Virus record (IMG/VR): IMGVR_UViG_3300034106_001095
Span: 1 to 27,117 of that record
DNA from: a virus
Lineage: Duplodnaviria; Caudoviricetes
Reading direction: 5' to 3' (one strand)
Length of the DNA: 27,117 nt
In this document: positions 15,100-25,554 of the stretch, piece after piece
Numbering within the stretch: position 1 is the first letter of the stretch
Layout of the letters: each line of letters begins with the position of its first letter
Made by a program: the position numbers and the translations under genes
The notes under the pieces: model-generated
Told to the model about the DNA's origin: nothing
Seen by the model: only the letters and a program-made list of their open reading frames with translations
The model's database searches: none

Positions 15100-16234
15100 G
15101 GTCTTTGCCCACCTACTGCGGAGCGACAAGCGCATCACAGTAGAGCAGGGTGGAACTCGGAGCGGGAAGACGTATAACATCCTACTCTGGGTTATTTTTC
15201 ATTATTGTGCTACCAACAGGGACAAGGTGGTCACGGTATGCAGAAAGACGTTCCCGTCTCTACGTGCATCGGTGATGCGTGACTTCATCGACATACTGCG
15301 AGCGCACGACCTGTATCGGGAAGAAGACCACAATATGTCCAACCACGAATACCAGCTCAATGGTAACCTGGTGGAGTTCATATCTCTTGACCAACCGCAA
15401 AAGATACGGGGACGCAAACGGAACCTCCTATACATTAACGAGGCGAACGAACTGTTCTTTGAGGACTGGCAGCAGCTCATCTTCCGTACGGACGGCAAAA
15501 TCATTCTGGACTACAACCCCTCCGACTCGTTCCACTGGATATACGACAAGGTACTGACCCGTGACGATTGTGACTTCTACCAAACGACCTACAAAGACAA
15601 CCCGTTTCTGGATGCCGTCATCATTGACGAAATTGAACGCCTCCAGTTTACGGACGAGGACTACTGGCGGGTTTATGGTCTGGGGGAACGTGGCAGCAAC
15701 CGAGCAGCAGTATTCTCCTTCTCAGCAAGCGACATCCCAAAAGAAGCAAAACTACTGGCATATGGAATGGACTTCGGTTACACAAACGACCCAACCTCCC
15801 TCGTGGGTGTCTACGAGTACGGGGATGCTCTTTATATGGACGAACTCATCTACCGCACGGGGATGACGAACAGGGACATCCACAACGTCCTGACCGACCT
15901 CGGCATCAGCAGATATGCGGAAATCTTTGCCGATAGCGCAGAACCGAAATCTATTGACGAGCTGCACCGCTTTGGGTGGAACGTGAAGCCCACCGCCAAA
16001 GGCCCAGATTCCGTAATGGCGGGGATTGATATGATGAAACGCTTTCGCTTACTGGCTACCCCACGAAGCACGAACCTAATCAAGGAACTCCAGAACTACA
16101 AGTGGGCGGAGGACAAGAACGGGAACCTGCTCAATAAACCGATGGACGCTTTCAACCACGCCTGCGATGCTGCGAGATATGCGGTATTTAATAAGAAGGC
16201 AAACCCTAACTTTGGACGATACACTTTGAGATGA
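15077..16234 (+). CDS. terL: Terminase large subunit, PBSX family
   Basis: Walker A QGGTRSGKT, Walker B YINEA, nuclease motifs GMDFG and NHACDAARY. Confidence 0.95.
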   Translation: MSEIRTNKVFAHLLRSDKRITVEQGGTRSGKTYNILLWVIFHYCATNRDKVVTVCRKTFPSLRASVMRDFIDILRAHDLYREEDHNMSNHEYQLNGNLVEFISLDQPQKIRGRKRNLLYINEANELFFEDWQQLIFRTDGKIILDYNPSDSFHWIYDKVLTRDDCDFYQTTYKDNPFLDAVIIDEIERLQFTDEDYWRVYGLGERGSNRAAVFSFSASDIPKEAKLLAYGMDFGYTNDPTSLVGVYEYGDALYMDELIYRTGMTNRDIHNVLTDLGISRYAEIFADSAEPKSIDELHRFGWNVKPTAKGPDSVMAGIDMMKRFRLLATPRSTNLIKELQNYKWAEDKNGNLLNKPMDAFNHACDAARYAVFNKKANPNFGRYTLR

Positions 16235-17151
16235 TATTAGTTGTAGGTCAACCAAACGGAGTTTACTACCACCGACTCCAAGTTCCTTACGAGGATTTGT
16301 TAATGCGTGGTTTTGCAGTGAAGTTCGGCACGATTGCCGACCTCGACCAGTTGAAGGGGCATATCACGCACCTCGTGGTGAATCGGGGTCTGGCAACAAA
16401 AGACCACAACAAGTTCAAAGCCCTGCTGCGGAGTTACGACATCAAGTTCATCGTTGACTTGGATGACTGGTGGAACCTGCCCACCGACCACGTGAACAAG
16501 TCACTTGCAAAGGGAACGCAGATTCTCAACTCGCTTAAAATAGCGGACGAGATTCACACCACGAACGAGTACCTCGCCGAGAAGATTCAAAAGATAAATC
16601 CATACGTTCCAATCTACATCCTGCCGAATGCGATCGACCCACGGCGGGAGCAATGGACAACAGAGAAGACCACGGAGGAGTTGACCATCGGGTACCTCGG
16701 TGCCTTGCATCACGACTACGACCTCAAGTGGAATGAGATTGACCTGTCAGCTCACAACTCGTATTCAATCGAATACTACCAACAGGCGATTGGTACACGG
16801 CAGGCATTCGAGAAAAAGAACTACGAGAATTACGGGGAACTGTACAGGCAGGTGGACGTGTCCATCGCACCACTCGCACCAACCGAATTTAACCGATGCA
16901 AGTCCAACCTCAAAGCGTTGGAGGCAGGATTCACCAAGACCTGTATCATCGCACAAAAGATGCACCCGTATACGCCTCTGTTGAACGATAGCAACTCAAT
17001 CCTTTGCCGTACTCCGAGTGACTGGAGGGAAGCCCTTGCGTCCATAACAAAAGAGAAAGCGCAGGAGCTGGCCGAGAACCTGTATCACGACGTGCAATTT
17101 TTTGACATTGAGAATATCAATAACACCCGACAGGAATGCTTCGTAAAGTAA
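16231..17151 (+). CDS. Glycosyltransferase, GT-B fold (GT4-like)
   Basis: GVYYHRL..P, DLDDWW, IGYLG...H..D, DVSIAPL...FN.CKSNLKALE motifs. Confidence 0.8.
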   Translation: MILVVGQPNGVYYHRLQVPYEDLLMRGFAVKFGTIADLDQLKGHITHLVVNRGLATKDHNKFKALLRSYDIKFIVDLDDWWNLPTDHVNKSLAKGTQILNSLKIADEIHTTNEYLAEKIQKINPYVPIYILPNAIDPRREQWTTEKTTEELTIGYLGALHHDYDLKWNEIDLSAHNSYSIEYYQQAIGTRQAFEKKNYENYGELYRQVDVSIAPLAPTEFNRCKSNLKALEAGFTKTCIIAQKMHPYTPLLNDSNSILCRTPSDWREALASITKEKAQELAENLYHDVQFFDIENINNTRQECFVK

Positions 17152-17878
17152 TCGTACCCACCGAACTCGCTGACATCACGCTAAAGGATTACCAGCGTTT
17201 TATGGGGGCAAACCCCACGGATGACACCTTTAACCAACTGGCTCTGTCTATCTTCTGCGGAATCGATGCGGAGGAGTACCCGCTATTCCCAAAGGCGCAA
17301 CTGGAGGAGATTGAAACGCTTGTGCAGTTCACCTTGAACGAGAAGCCAGATCTCAAGCGCATCATCAAAATAGGTGACGTTGAGTACGGCTTTCACCCCA
17401 ACTTGGAGGACATCACCACGGGCGAGTTTATTGATGCACAGGAATACCTCAAGGACTCCATCAAGAACGCCACCAAATGGCTTGGTGTGCTGTACCGACC
17501 AATCACACAGAAGGCCGCAGGACGCTACGAGATCGAGGCGTACAACCCAGCGAAACACGACGGAGCAGCATTCGAGAATGTAACGATGGACATCGTGGAG
17601 GGGTGTCGACTTTTTTTTACTCGTTTGCAACTATCATTACAGATAGGTACCCTACTGTCTTCGAGTCCGAACCCAGCGACCAAAGAGCTGCGGACATCAA
17701 ATCCCAGTTCTCTAAAAAATGGGGATGGTTTGCAGTCATCCATCAACTTGCTGGCGGAAATGTACTCAATAGTGAGGCCGTCACGAATCTCCCGCTGAAC
17801 CAATGCCTTACTTGGCTTGCTTACGAAGTTGACAAGGCACGAGTCGACCAAGCCCTGATGCGACAGCAAAGCAGGTAG
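17136..17878 (+). CDS. Tail-assembly-chaperone-like gene with programmed -1 frameshift (0-frame product ends 17798; fusion ends 17878)
   Basis: T8 run at 17611-17618 gives an in-frame T TTT TTT heptamer; the -1 frame continues FYSFATIITDRYP...KKWGW... Confidence 0.7.
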
Positions 17879-17892
17879 GGGGTTTTATAGTT

Positions 17893-18360
17893 ATGAAATA
17901 CGGATACTATCAACTCTGCGAGGCGTTGCAATCGGCAGCGACCTCGGCTGATTATATTACGACTACGACTTGGGGAAACATCTTTGACGTTGATATGCGT
18001 AAGATGACCCTCTTTCCCCTGTGTCATATCTTGGTGGGGAACGCCACCGTCAACGAACGGACAGTCACCTACGAGGTTGACCTTCTGGTGATGGACGTAG
18101 TGGACTACTCTAAGCAAGACCCGAACGTAGACCCGTACTCATTTCAAGGGGTAGCGATTAAGCAGGACATCTACCACCGTGCGCTCTTTTCAGCGCAGCA
18201 AATGATTGCATCCCTCCGCAGAGGTGCTTTGTATTCCGATGGCTTTGAGTTGGTGAACGACCCCGTATGCGAGCCGATTGATGAGGACTACGAGAACACC
18301 CTTTGCGGGTGGAAGTTCACCCTCCAAATTATGACCCCGAACCCGACAATCATCTGCTGA
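17893..18360 (+). CDS. Putative tail terminator/completion protein
   Basis: 155 aa; FPLCHI and terminal GW beta-strand pattern; structural context. Confidence 0.5.
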   Translation: MKYGYYQLCEALQSAATSADYITTTTWGNIFDVDMRKMTLFPLCHILVGNATVNERTVTYEVDLLVMDVVDYSKQDPNVDPYSFQGVAIKQDIYHRALFSAQQMIASLRRGALYSDGFELVNDPVCEPIDEDYENTLCGWKFTLQIMTPNPTIIC

Positions 18361-18872
18361 TGGCGTCTGGAAAGCCCGACTTAAAGAAAGCCGAGAACAC
18401 CAAGTTTGCCCTTGACAAATTTGGGAAGTACCTCGTGCAGCAATCACGGGCGAACCTAACCAAGCAGAAAAAGAACGTCACCAAGAACCTGTACAACTCC
18501 CTTGCCTACGAAACGAAGGTGAACCCCCGCTCCATTGAGTTCGACTTCTTGATGGCTGAATACGGGGAGTGGGTAGATAAGGGAAGGAAGAAGGGCAAGA
18601 TGCCTCCGTTCGGGGCAATCTATGCGTGGGTAGCACGGCGCAAGATTCAATTCAAGGACACCAAGACAAAGAAGTTCCTGTCCTACTCCCAGACCGCCAG
18701 TATGGTGATGCTGAAAATTAAGAACAAAGGAATCGACCCAACCTACTTCTATTCACGCCCCTTTCAACTGGGGTACGAGAAACTGCCAGATGAGATACGC
18801 CAAGCATACGAGCTGGACGTGATGCAGTTCCTTGAATTTACAATAAACGAATTGAACAAAAAATATAAGTAA
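18360..18872 (+). CDS. Putative neck/tail completion protein (HK97 gp10-like)
   Basis: Basic protein; L..SL, YG.WVD.GR...PP, GI.PT.F..PF pattern. Confidence 0.55.
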   Translation: MASGKPDLKKAENTKFALDKFGKYLVQQSRANLTKQKKNVTKNLYNSLAYETKVNPRSIEFDFLMAEYGEWVDKGRKKGKMPPFGAIYAWVARRKIQFKDTKTKKFLSYSQTASMVMLKIKNKGIDPTYFYSRPFQLGYEKLPDEIRQAYELDVMQFLEFTINELNKKYK

Positions 18873-20161
18873 TGGCCATCACTATAGTACAACAACCACC
18901 CGCCTACGCCTTCGGCAGTTCACCTATGGTGTACGGACTGGACTCTACGGCATACGCATCTACGGGCTTTGCCTACATTGCAGACGTATTCGTGTGGACG
19001 GGTTCCATTGCATCCGTTCCTGCGAGTTACACGTACCGCTTCAAGCTGCGCCCCGATCCCGTTTCCGCTCGTTATGGGTACTTGGATATTCGGAACGTGG
19101 TTGACCAGTACCTATCTGCTACCACGATAGCCCACGATGACGGCACGGCACAGAACAACGTGGCCTCTGTCGTGAACGTGCAGGTGAAGTTTCGTGAGTA
19201 CACCAATAGCGGTGGACTTTCTGGCGTGCTGGCTACATCGAGCAGCATTCGTGCATACGATGGATGGAGTGAGGTGAGTGATGGACTGAATGTGAATCTT
19301 GAAACGCAAACGGGAGGCATACTGACCTCGATGCCGCAGTCCCCTTCTTGGGTTCCTATCTGGGAGGAGCAGCAGATGACGCTTGGAGTGATGCTCGGCT
19401 CTACTCCGCCGCCAGACCGCATACAAGTAAACTACTCGGACGGCACCTACGGGACGCTATTGTTCTCTACCTTGTCCGTGACGGGAGGCAACAACTCGCA
19501 GAACTGGATGTGGTTTATTCCTATTGGAATCACCAACCTAAACGCTTCTGCTATTGACCGAAAACCAGAGGACGTTGCGAACCTGCAATGGTATACGATT
19601 GACTTCCAACAGGGCTACGCTGCGGCATACGAGACCCGTGTACTTGCTGATGGCGGCGTATGCGAGGGGCTTGCCTGCTTACAAGCAGCACTCATTGAAC
19701 TGGCAGGAATCCAAAGCACCTACAAGTTTGAGGTTCAATGCGAGCCACGCTACACCCCGCTTACTATTGCCTTCCAAAATAGGTACGGGGCGTGGGATTA
19801 TTTGCTCGTGCAAAAGAAGTCCGTGGAGAGCATCAATATCGAGCGAGATACCTATACCGCAAATGTTATTACTCGTTCAGCAGGAACCGCCTCAATACCC
19901 TCCTACGCAGCGTCAAAGCAATACTTCAACACGCAAGGCCAAGAGCAACTGATTGTGAACACGGGATTCATTTCGGAAGGGATGAATGAGATGGTGAAAG
20001 ATATGATGCTTTCCTCCACCTTGCAGTTGGTGGAGCAGCAGCAGGGCGTAATTTTGAAGGATACGCAGGTCACCTACAAGACCTCCGTGAATGACAACCT
20101 CGTGCAGTACACCTTCACTTTGGAATACGCAAACCCTGTGAAAAACAAACTATGGCTCTAA
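18872..20161 (+). CDS. Virion tail structural protein
   Basis: 429 aa, beta-rich; F.NRYGAWDY motif; within the tail cluster. Confidence 0.65.
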   Translation: MAITIVQQPPAYAFGSSPMVYGLDSTAYASTGFAYIADVFVWTGSIASVPASYTYRFKLRPDPVSARYGYLDIRNVVDQYLSATTIAHDDGTAQNNVASVVNVQVKFREYTNSGGLSGVLATSSSIRAYDGWSEVSDGLNVNLETQTGGILTSMPQSPSWVPIWEEQQMTLGVMLGSTPPPDRIQVNYSDGTYGTLLFSTLSVTGGNNSQNWMWFIPIGITNLNASAIDRKPEDVANLQWYTIDFQQGYAAAYETRVLADGGVCEGLACLQAALIELAGIQSTYKFEVQCEPRYTPLTIAFQNRYGAWDYLLVQKKSVESINIERDTYTANVITRSAGTASIPSYAASKQYFNTQGQEQLIVNTGFISEGMNEMVKDMMLSSTLQLVEQQQGVILKDTQVTYKTSVNDNLVQYTFTLEYANPVKNKLWL

Positions 20162-22740
20162 AGATTCAAACCACCACGGGGTATCTTGATACCTACGGGG
20201 ACGAGTCAATCTCGCTGGACTACAACGTGGCGGACTTGCGTGACCCTGCGGTCATCTTCTCTCCGATCACGCAGAACTTCAACCTGCCAGCAACAGACGC
20301 CAACAATGCTTTCTTCAAGCACTACTACGACGTTAACATACAGGGAGGGTACAACGCCTACTCCAAGCAGCAAATCACCCTGTTCTCGGACGGGGTTGCT
20401 CTTTTAGATGGGTACATCCAACTGCTGAACGTCACCATCCAAGATGGGATGATTAAGGGGTACGAGGTATTGGTTGCTGGAGAGGTGGGCGGCATTGCCC
20501 GCACGTTAGGAGAAAGTGAGTTGAGCGAGTTGCCTCTTGATGCTTTGAATCACACCTTCAACTGGGACAATATCTACGACTCGTGGGTGACGCCTATCGG
20601 AGACGCCATAACGTACGGAATGGTGGACGCAAAGGGATTCGCCACCGATTCGGTGTTCGCTCCGCAGAACCCATTAAAACCGCTTGCTGAAACCAACTTC
20701 TACCCGCATATCAAAGTCAAGTATCTCATTGAGCAGATATTTGAATCGGCTGGGTACACAATCAACGCAACGGGCTTCTGGGAATCAGAGTACCTCACGG
20801 ATTTGTATATGCTCCTTTGGACGAATGATGCTATCGTTCCCAACGAGGAGGCATTCAATTCTCGCCTGTTCCAAGTAGAGAATGATGCCGCCACAACTAT
20901 AAATAATGGCAATGCCGCCGCCCCAACGCCACTTACTTTCCCGACAGAGATATACGACAACGGAGGGAACTTTGCATCCGACACCTACACGGCAAACGCA
21001 AGAGGCGCATATCAATTCAATTTTGAAGGAACTCTTGACGGAAACTACAACCTACGAATCCAACCCCGTATCAATGGGGTAGTTGGGCCGAGTTACTGGG
21101 TAACTGCAAACACGGACTTCTCGGTGGACTTCACCTTGAACTTGGAAGCAAATGATGAAGTTCGGTTGTACGCTGCTCACAACGGCGCATTGGGGGTTAC
21201 CAATTACAGGGATATAAATAGATACACTTGGACGTGTAACTCTGCCCCTTCTTCCCCCGTTGGATTGACGGTATCAATGACGGACTTGATGCCCAAGATG
21301 AAGCAGCGGGACTTCATTGCAGGGGTGGCAAAGCTGTTCAACCTTGTCATCGTTCCCGATCGGGATACGCCAAACACGCTCAACGTGTACGACTATCAAA
21401 CTTGGATTGCAACGGGAGCAGTAAAGGACTGGACGTACAAGGTCGACATTTCGCAACCAATCACCATCCAACCGACCACCGACCTACAAGGTCGCTCAAT
21501 TAACTTCACCTTCCAAGAGGGCGGGGCAATCATCGAGCAGGCGTTCAAGAACTCCTTTGGCTACTCCCACGGAACGCTGCAAATTGCAGACACCGCAAAC
21601 GAGTTCGCACAGGGCGAGTTCAGCGTAGAGGTTCCCTTTGTGTCTTCCCTGTACAACCGACTGAACAACACCGCCAATCTGGAGATATTGCAGCTCTTTG
21701 ACCTTGAAGGAAAGGCCATCGATAGCCAACCCCGATTGATGTGGTACCACGGGCGGCGTGAGTGCGTTCGGTATTCGGTGATTGACCAGTCCACTACGAC
21801 CTTTCTGCAACTGTACGAATACCCAAAATTCGGGGTATACACGGAGGGATATACCAAAGACATCACCCTCACCTTTGGGCAGGCGGTCTTGGACAACCGC
21901 ATCCCGCCTCCGTACAATTTGTTCACGGAGTTCTGGGCTACCTATCTAACCGAAATCTACGCATCGGATGCGGTGATGCTTACGGCGCAAGTGGTGCTTG
22001 AACCATCGGAGGTATACAACCTCGACTTGAACACCCAAATCTACCTCGACCAAGAATACTGGCGAATCAACAAGCTGACAGGATACGACCCCGAGAAGCG
22101 CACAGGAACGATTGAACTATTCCGTGCCTCGTTTGCGAACGGCATCATCTGTACCGACCTACCTACAATAATGAACTATGACGGGAGTGTCGGAGGGTTA
22201 ACTACACAGAGCTGCTGCGAATACTACGGCTACCGATGGAACTCTACAAATAGCACTTGTTACTGGCGCACCTCTAAATTGCTATCGTTAAAGGATGACC
22301 TTCAAGCGATGCGCCACACGGCAACAGTTTCCCTTGAGCCAGAGCAACCGACCAGCACACAACCAAACCAAGTGTTCTTATTCGATGCTGAACTTACGGA
22401 GGAAGGCGTAAGCGAGGCGGCAGCATACGCCCTGCTCGACTACTCACGCAGCCCGTTTGACCTTGTTGAAGGTCAGCGCAAGATGTTCCTGCTATCGGCA
22501 GTAATCGAAGAATCAGGAGGTGTAACTCACACGGACTCGCATTATTATGTAGTGGAGCGTGCGTCAGTTGGTGATATTATTACCGAGATCCGACCAACAA
22601 CTCACGACCACGATTTTGGAATAGCTCTGCTTGCGGTTTTTGATGTTACTGATCGAGTGGTGGGAGTACATTGCCTATCCTTAAAAAATGCAAATGGCCC
22701 AAGCGTATGGAAAATCCGAATGGAAGTACAACAGATATGA
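20152..22740 (+). CDS. Large tail/baseplate hub-like protein with internal C1q/TNF-like segment
   Basis: 862 aa; FS....LPAT..NN.FF N-terminus; YDNGGNF...YTANARGAYQF insert. Confidence 0.65.
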   Translation: MALKIQTTTGYLDTYGDESISLDYNVADLRDPAVIFSPITQNFNLPATDANNAFFKHYYDVNIQGGYNAYSKQQITLFSDGVALLDGYIQLLNVTIQDGMIKGYEVLVAGEVGGIARTLGESELSELPLDALNHTFNWDNIYDSWVTPIGDAITYGMVDAKGFATDSVFAPQNPLKPLAETNFYPHIKVKYLIEQIFESAGYTINATGFWESEYLTDLYMLLWTNDAIVPNEEAFNSRLFQVENDAATTINNGNAAAPTPLTFPTEIYDNGGNFASDTYTANARGAYQFNFEGTLDGNYNLRIQPRINGVVGPSYWVTANTDFSVDFTLNLEANDEVRLYAAHNGALGVTNYRDINRYTWTCNSAPSSPVGLTVSMTDLMPKMKQRDFIAGVAKLFNLVIVPDRDTPNTLNVYDYQTWIATGAVKDWTYKVDISQPITIQPTTDLQGRSINFTFQEGGAIIEQAFKNSFGYSHGTLQIADTANEFAQGEFSVEVPFVSSLYNRLNNTANLEILQLFDLEGKAIDSQPRLMWYHGRRECVRYSVIDQSTTTFLQLYEYPKFGVYTEGYTKDITLTFGQAVLDNRIPPPYNLFTEFWATYLTEIYASDAVMLTAQVVLEPSEVYNLDLNTQIYLDQEYWRINKLTGYDPEKRTGTIELFRASFANGIICTDLPTIMNYDGSVGGLTTQSCCEYYGYRWNSTNSTCYWRTSKLLSLKDDLQAMRHTATVSLEPEQPTSTQPNQVFLFDAELTEEGVSEAAAYALLDYSRSPFDLVEGQRKMFLLSAVIEESGGVTHTDSHYYVVERASVGDIITEIRPTTHDHDFGIALLAVFDVTDRVVGVHCLSLKNANGPSVWKIRMEVQQI

Positions 22741-22898
22741 TTGACCTCGGTTTTATAGTTAACGCCCTCAAGCAACCCAACCTCGGCCTGTCCGAGGAGG
22801 TGGAAATCGCAAAAGGAAAGTATCACATCATCAGCAGCATCGCCCAAGCAGGGGTACAAATCAAGAGACAATGGCAACGGAGAAGGTTATCAAATTAA
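22737..22898 (+). CDS. Small hypothetical protein, 53 aa
   Basis: ATGA overlap; EIAKGKY motif. Confidence 0.6.
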   Translation: MIDLGFIVNALKQPNLGLSEEVEIAKGKYHIISSIAQAGVQIKRQWQRRRLSN

Positions 22899-24601
22899 AG
22901 GTTGAAAATGGTGAAGCCATCCTTGCCGTTGACGAACTCAACAAGGCGTTAAAGGAGACGAACACCCAAGCGGACAACCTTGACAATACCATCGACGCAG
23001 GAACCGAAGCCCTTGACAAGTTCACAAAGGGTGGGGTAAGTGCGATGAAGGGTCTCATCAGCGGTGCCAAGACCGCTATTGGTGCGATGACTACCCTCAA
23101 GGGTGCGTTAATATCGACAGGTATTGGTGCGCTGGTAGTTGCCGTTGGTACCCTTGCTGCCTACTTCACGCAGACCAGCCGAGGCGCAGACCAGTTTGCC
23201 GTGATTCTTGGAACGGTAGAGGCGGCTATCAAGGTGGTAATTGACCGTGCTGTAATGCTCGGAGAATCAATCACCCTTATATTCTCTGGCAAATTTAGTG
23301 AAGCAGCAGACAAAGCCAAAAATGCTTTCAAGGGAATCGGTGACGAAATCGCCAGAGAAGCAAAGCAAGGTGGTGAACTTGCGAAGGCATTGGATGCGGT
23401 AGAAGACCGTGAGCGTGCCTTGATTGTCTTGCGTGCCAAAGCGAATAAGGAAATCGCCAAAGCACGGATGATTGCTGATGACGTCAACAAATCCACAAAC
23501 GAGCGAATCAACGCAGTACAGCGTGCGTTCAAGTTGGAGAGTGATGTAGCAGCAGCCGAACAAAAGAACGCCCGTGCGTACCTCAAATACTTGGACGATC
23601 GCATCAAGATGGGCGAGTCCACGGACGAGGACTTGAAAGCCCGTTCAGAAGCCCAAGCGAAGGTCTTGGAACTGGAGACGGAATCACTCCGCAGGCAGAA
23701 GCGATTGCAGGGTGAAATTATTTCCTTGCGTAACGAGGAGCGTACCAAGACAGAGGAGTACGACAAGAAGCGAGCGGAAGCCGCACAGAAGGAATTGGGA
23801 TACCAGCGGTTCTTGGTAGACGGAGAAAAGGAACTGATTGAACTGGCCAACAAGCGACAAGCGTCACGAGTAAAAGCCCTTGAGGAGTTCCAAGCGGCAC
23901 TTGACCGCCTACGGGGTGTGGGTCAGACCGAACGCCAAAGGGAAATTAAGCAAGTCGAGGCAGACGCAAAGGCGGCTCTTGACGCATTGATAGCGTCTGG
24001 GAATGCCAGTATCTACGAGGCAGAAAGAATTGAGGCAGAGAAGCGCAAAGCCGAGCGCAAGGTCAACGAGAAGTACGATTCGTTAGACCGCCAACGGCAG
24101 ATGGAGAACAACGCCAAGAAGCTGGAGTTAGCAGGGCAGGCGTTTGGTGCTTTGGCACAGTTGGCGGAATCGTTCTCCAAAGGGGACGAGAAGAACGCAC
24201 GGAGAGCATTCGGAATCACCAAAGCCCTGCGTATTGGTGAGGCGGTAGCAAACACCGCAGCAGCCATTATGACGCAACTGGCAGTACCACAGGACGCATT
24301 GACTGGTGCTAACTTCGTGAAGGCGGGAATCGTTGCCGTAACAGGCGCAGCGCAAATCGCAACCATTGCCCGCTCTAAATTTGAGCCAAGTGGTGCAGCA
24401 GCAGAAACTCCGAGAATGGGGGCCGCACCTCCAGCGGGCGGCGGAGGGTTTACCCCGAACATCTCATTCACGGGAATCGGACAGAATCCGCTCTCTGGTA
24501 TCTTTGACCGCCCGATGCAGGCGTATGTAGTCAATCAACAAATGAATAACAATAATATGCTGGAGCGCAGAATCCGTACCAGCGCAAATTTCGGAGGATG
24601 A
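22871..24601 (+). CDS. Tape measure-like protein
   Basis: Ala-rich helical protein, hydrophobic STGIGALVVAVG segment, long coiled coil, terminal AYVV motif. Confidence 0.75.
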   Translation: MATEKVIKLKVENGEAILAVDELNKALKETNTQADNLDNTIDAGTEALDKFTKGGVSAMKGLISGAKTAIGAMTTLKGALISTGIGALVVAVGTLAAYFTQTSRGADQFAVILGTVEAAIKVVIDRAVMLGESITLIFSGKFSEAADKAKNAFKGIGDEIAREAKQGGELAKALDAVEDRERALIVLRAKANKEIAKARMIADDVNKSTNERINAVQRAFKLESDVAAAEQKNARAYLKYLDDRIKMGESTDEDLKARSEAQAKVLELETESLRRQKRLQGEIISLRNEERTKTEEYDKKRAEAAQKELGYQRFLVDGEKELIELANKRQASRVKALEEFQAALDRLRGVGQTERQREIKQVEADAKAALDALIASGNASIYEAERIEAEKRKAERKVNEKYDSLDRQRQMENNAKKLELAGQAFGALAQLAESFSKGDEKNARRAFGITKALRIGEAVANTAAAIMTQLAVPQDALTGANFVKAGIVAVTGAAQIATIARSKFEPSGAAAETPRMGAAPPAGGGGFTPNISFTGIGQNPLSGIFDRPMQAYVVNQQMNNNNMLERRIRTSANFGG

Positions 24602-25554
24602 AGTATTACGAATTGGTGCTTGAAAATGAGCAGTTTATGGGGGTGAATGCTATCTCGGTAGTGGAGAACCCCGCAATCGAGGAGGAGTTTGTAGCCCTCT
24701 CCGCACAACAGGTGTCCTTCGCTATCCAAAACGAGGAGAAGCGTATCATCATCGGGCCAGTCCTAATCCCGAACAAGCCCATCTACCGCAGGGACGACAA
24801 GACAGGCGAGGAGTATTACGTCTTCTTTACGGACAAAACCATCCGCCAAAGTGCGGAGTTGTTCCTCAAAAAGGGTCTCCAAGCGTCTACCACCACGGAG
24901 CATTCGCAACAGGTGAACGGGGTCACGACCATCGAGCAATGGATTATTGAGGACGAGGTACACGACAAGTCACGCAAGTACGGAATGAACTACCCAATCG
25001 GTACTTGGATGCAGACCCGCAAGGTCGACAACGACCAAGTGTGGGAGGACGTAAAATCTGGCAAGTACAAGGGCTATTCCATCGAGGGATGGTTCGCACA
25101 CAAGCCATCGTTGGAAGTGGCGATGAGTTCAATGCAGGAGATTGAGGAGCAAGAGGCAGAACACCTCGTTGAACTGTACGTTCTGGGAGCCGTCAAGGGA
25201 ATCCTAAAAAAAGACAAGCGAGTAAAGGCAGGCCAACGGGTAGTTATGGAATCATATTCTGACTACCCCGAGGCCGTGCGCAATAACGCAAAGCGAGGCA
25301 TTGAGTTGAACGAGAAAGGCGGTAACAAGTGCGCCACGCCAGTTGGCAAGATACGAGCGCAGCAACTCGCAGACGGAAAGCCCGTATCGTTTGACACCGT
25401 GAAGCGGATGTTCTCCTACCTATCAAGAGCCGAGGAGTATTACGACGAAACCGACTCTACCGCTTGCGGCACTATCTCCTACCTCCTTTGGGGTGGACTG
25501 GCTGCGAAGCGTTGGGCAGAATCTAAAATAAAGGAAAATGAAAAACAATCCTAA
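24598..25554 (+). CDS. XkdF-like prohead protease with extra C-terminal domain
   Basis: AISVVENPAIE, GPVLIP, EH, GTW, GYSIEG motifs; second domain SYSDYP...LLWGG. Confidence 0.75.
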   Translation: MKYYELVLENEQFMGVNAISVVENPAIEEEFVALSAQQVSFAIQNEEKRIIIGPVLIPNKPIYRRDDKTGEEYYVFFTDKTIRQSAELFLKKGLQASTTTEHSQQVNGVTTIEQWIIEDEVHDKSRKYGMNYPIGTWMQTRKVDNDQVWEDVKSGKYKGYSIEGWFAHKPSLEVAMSSMQEIEEQEAEHLVELYVLGAVKGILKKDKRVKAGQRVVMESYSDYPEAVRNNAKRGIELNEKGGNKCATPVGKIRAQQLADGKPVSFDTVKRMFSYLSRAEEYYDETDSTACGTISYLLWGGLAAKRWAESKIKENEKQS

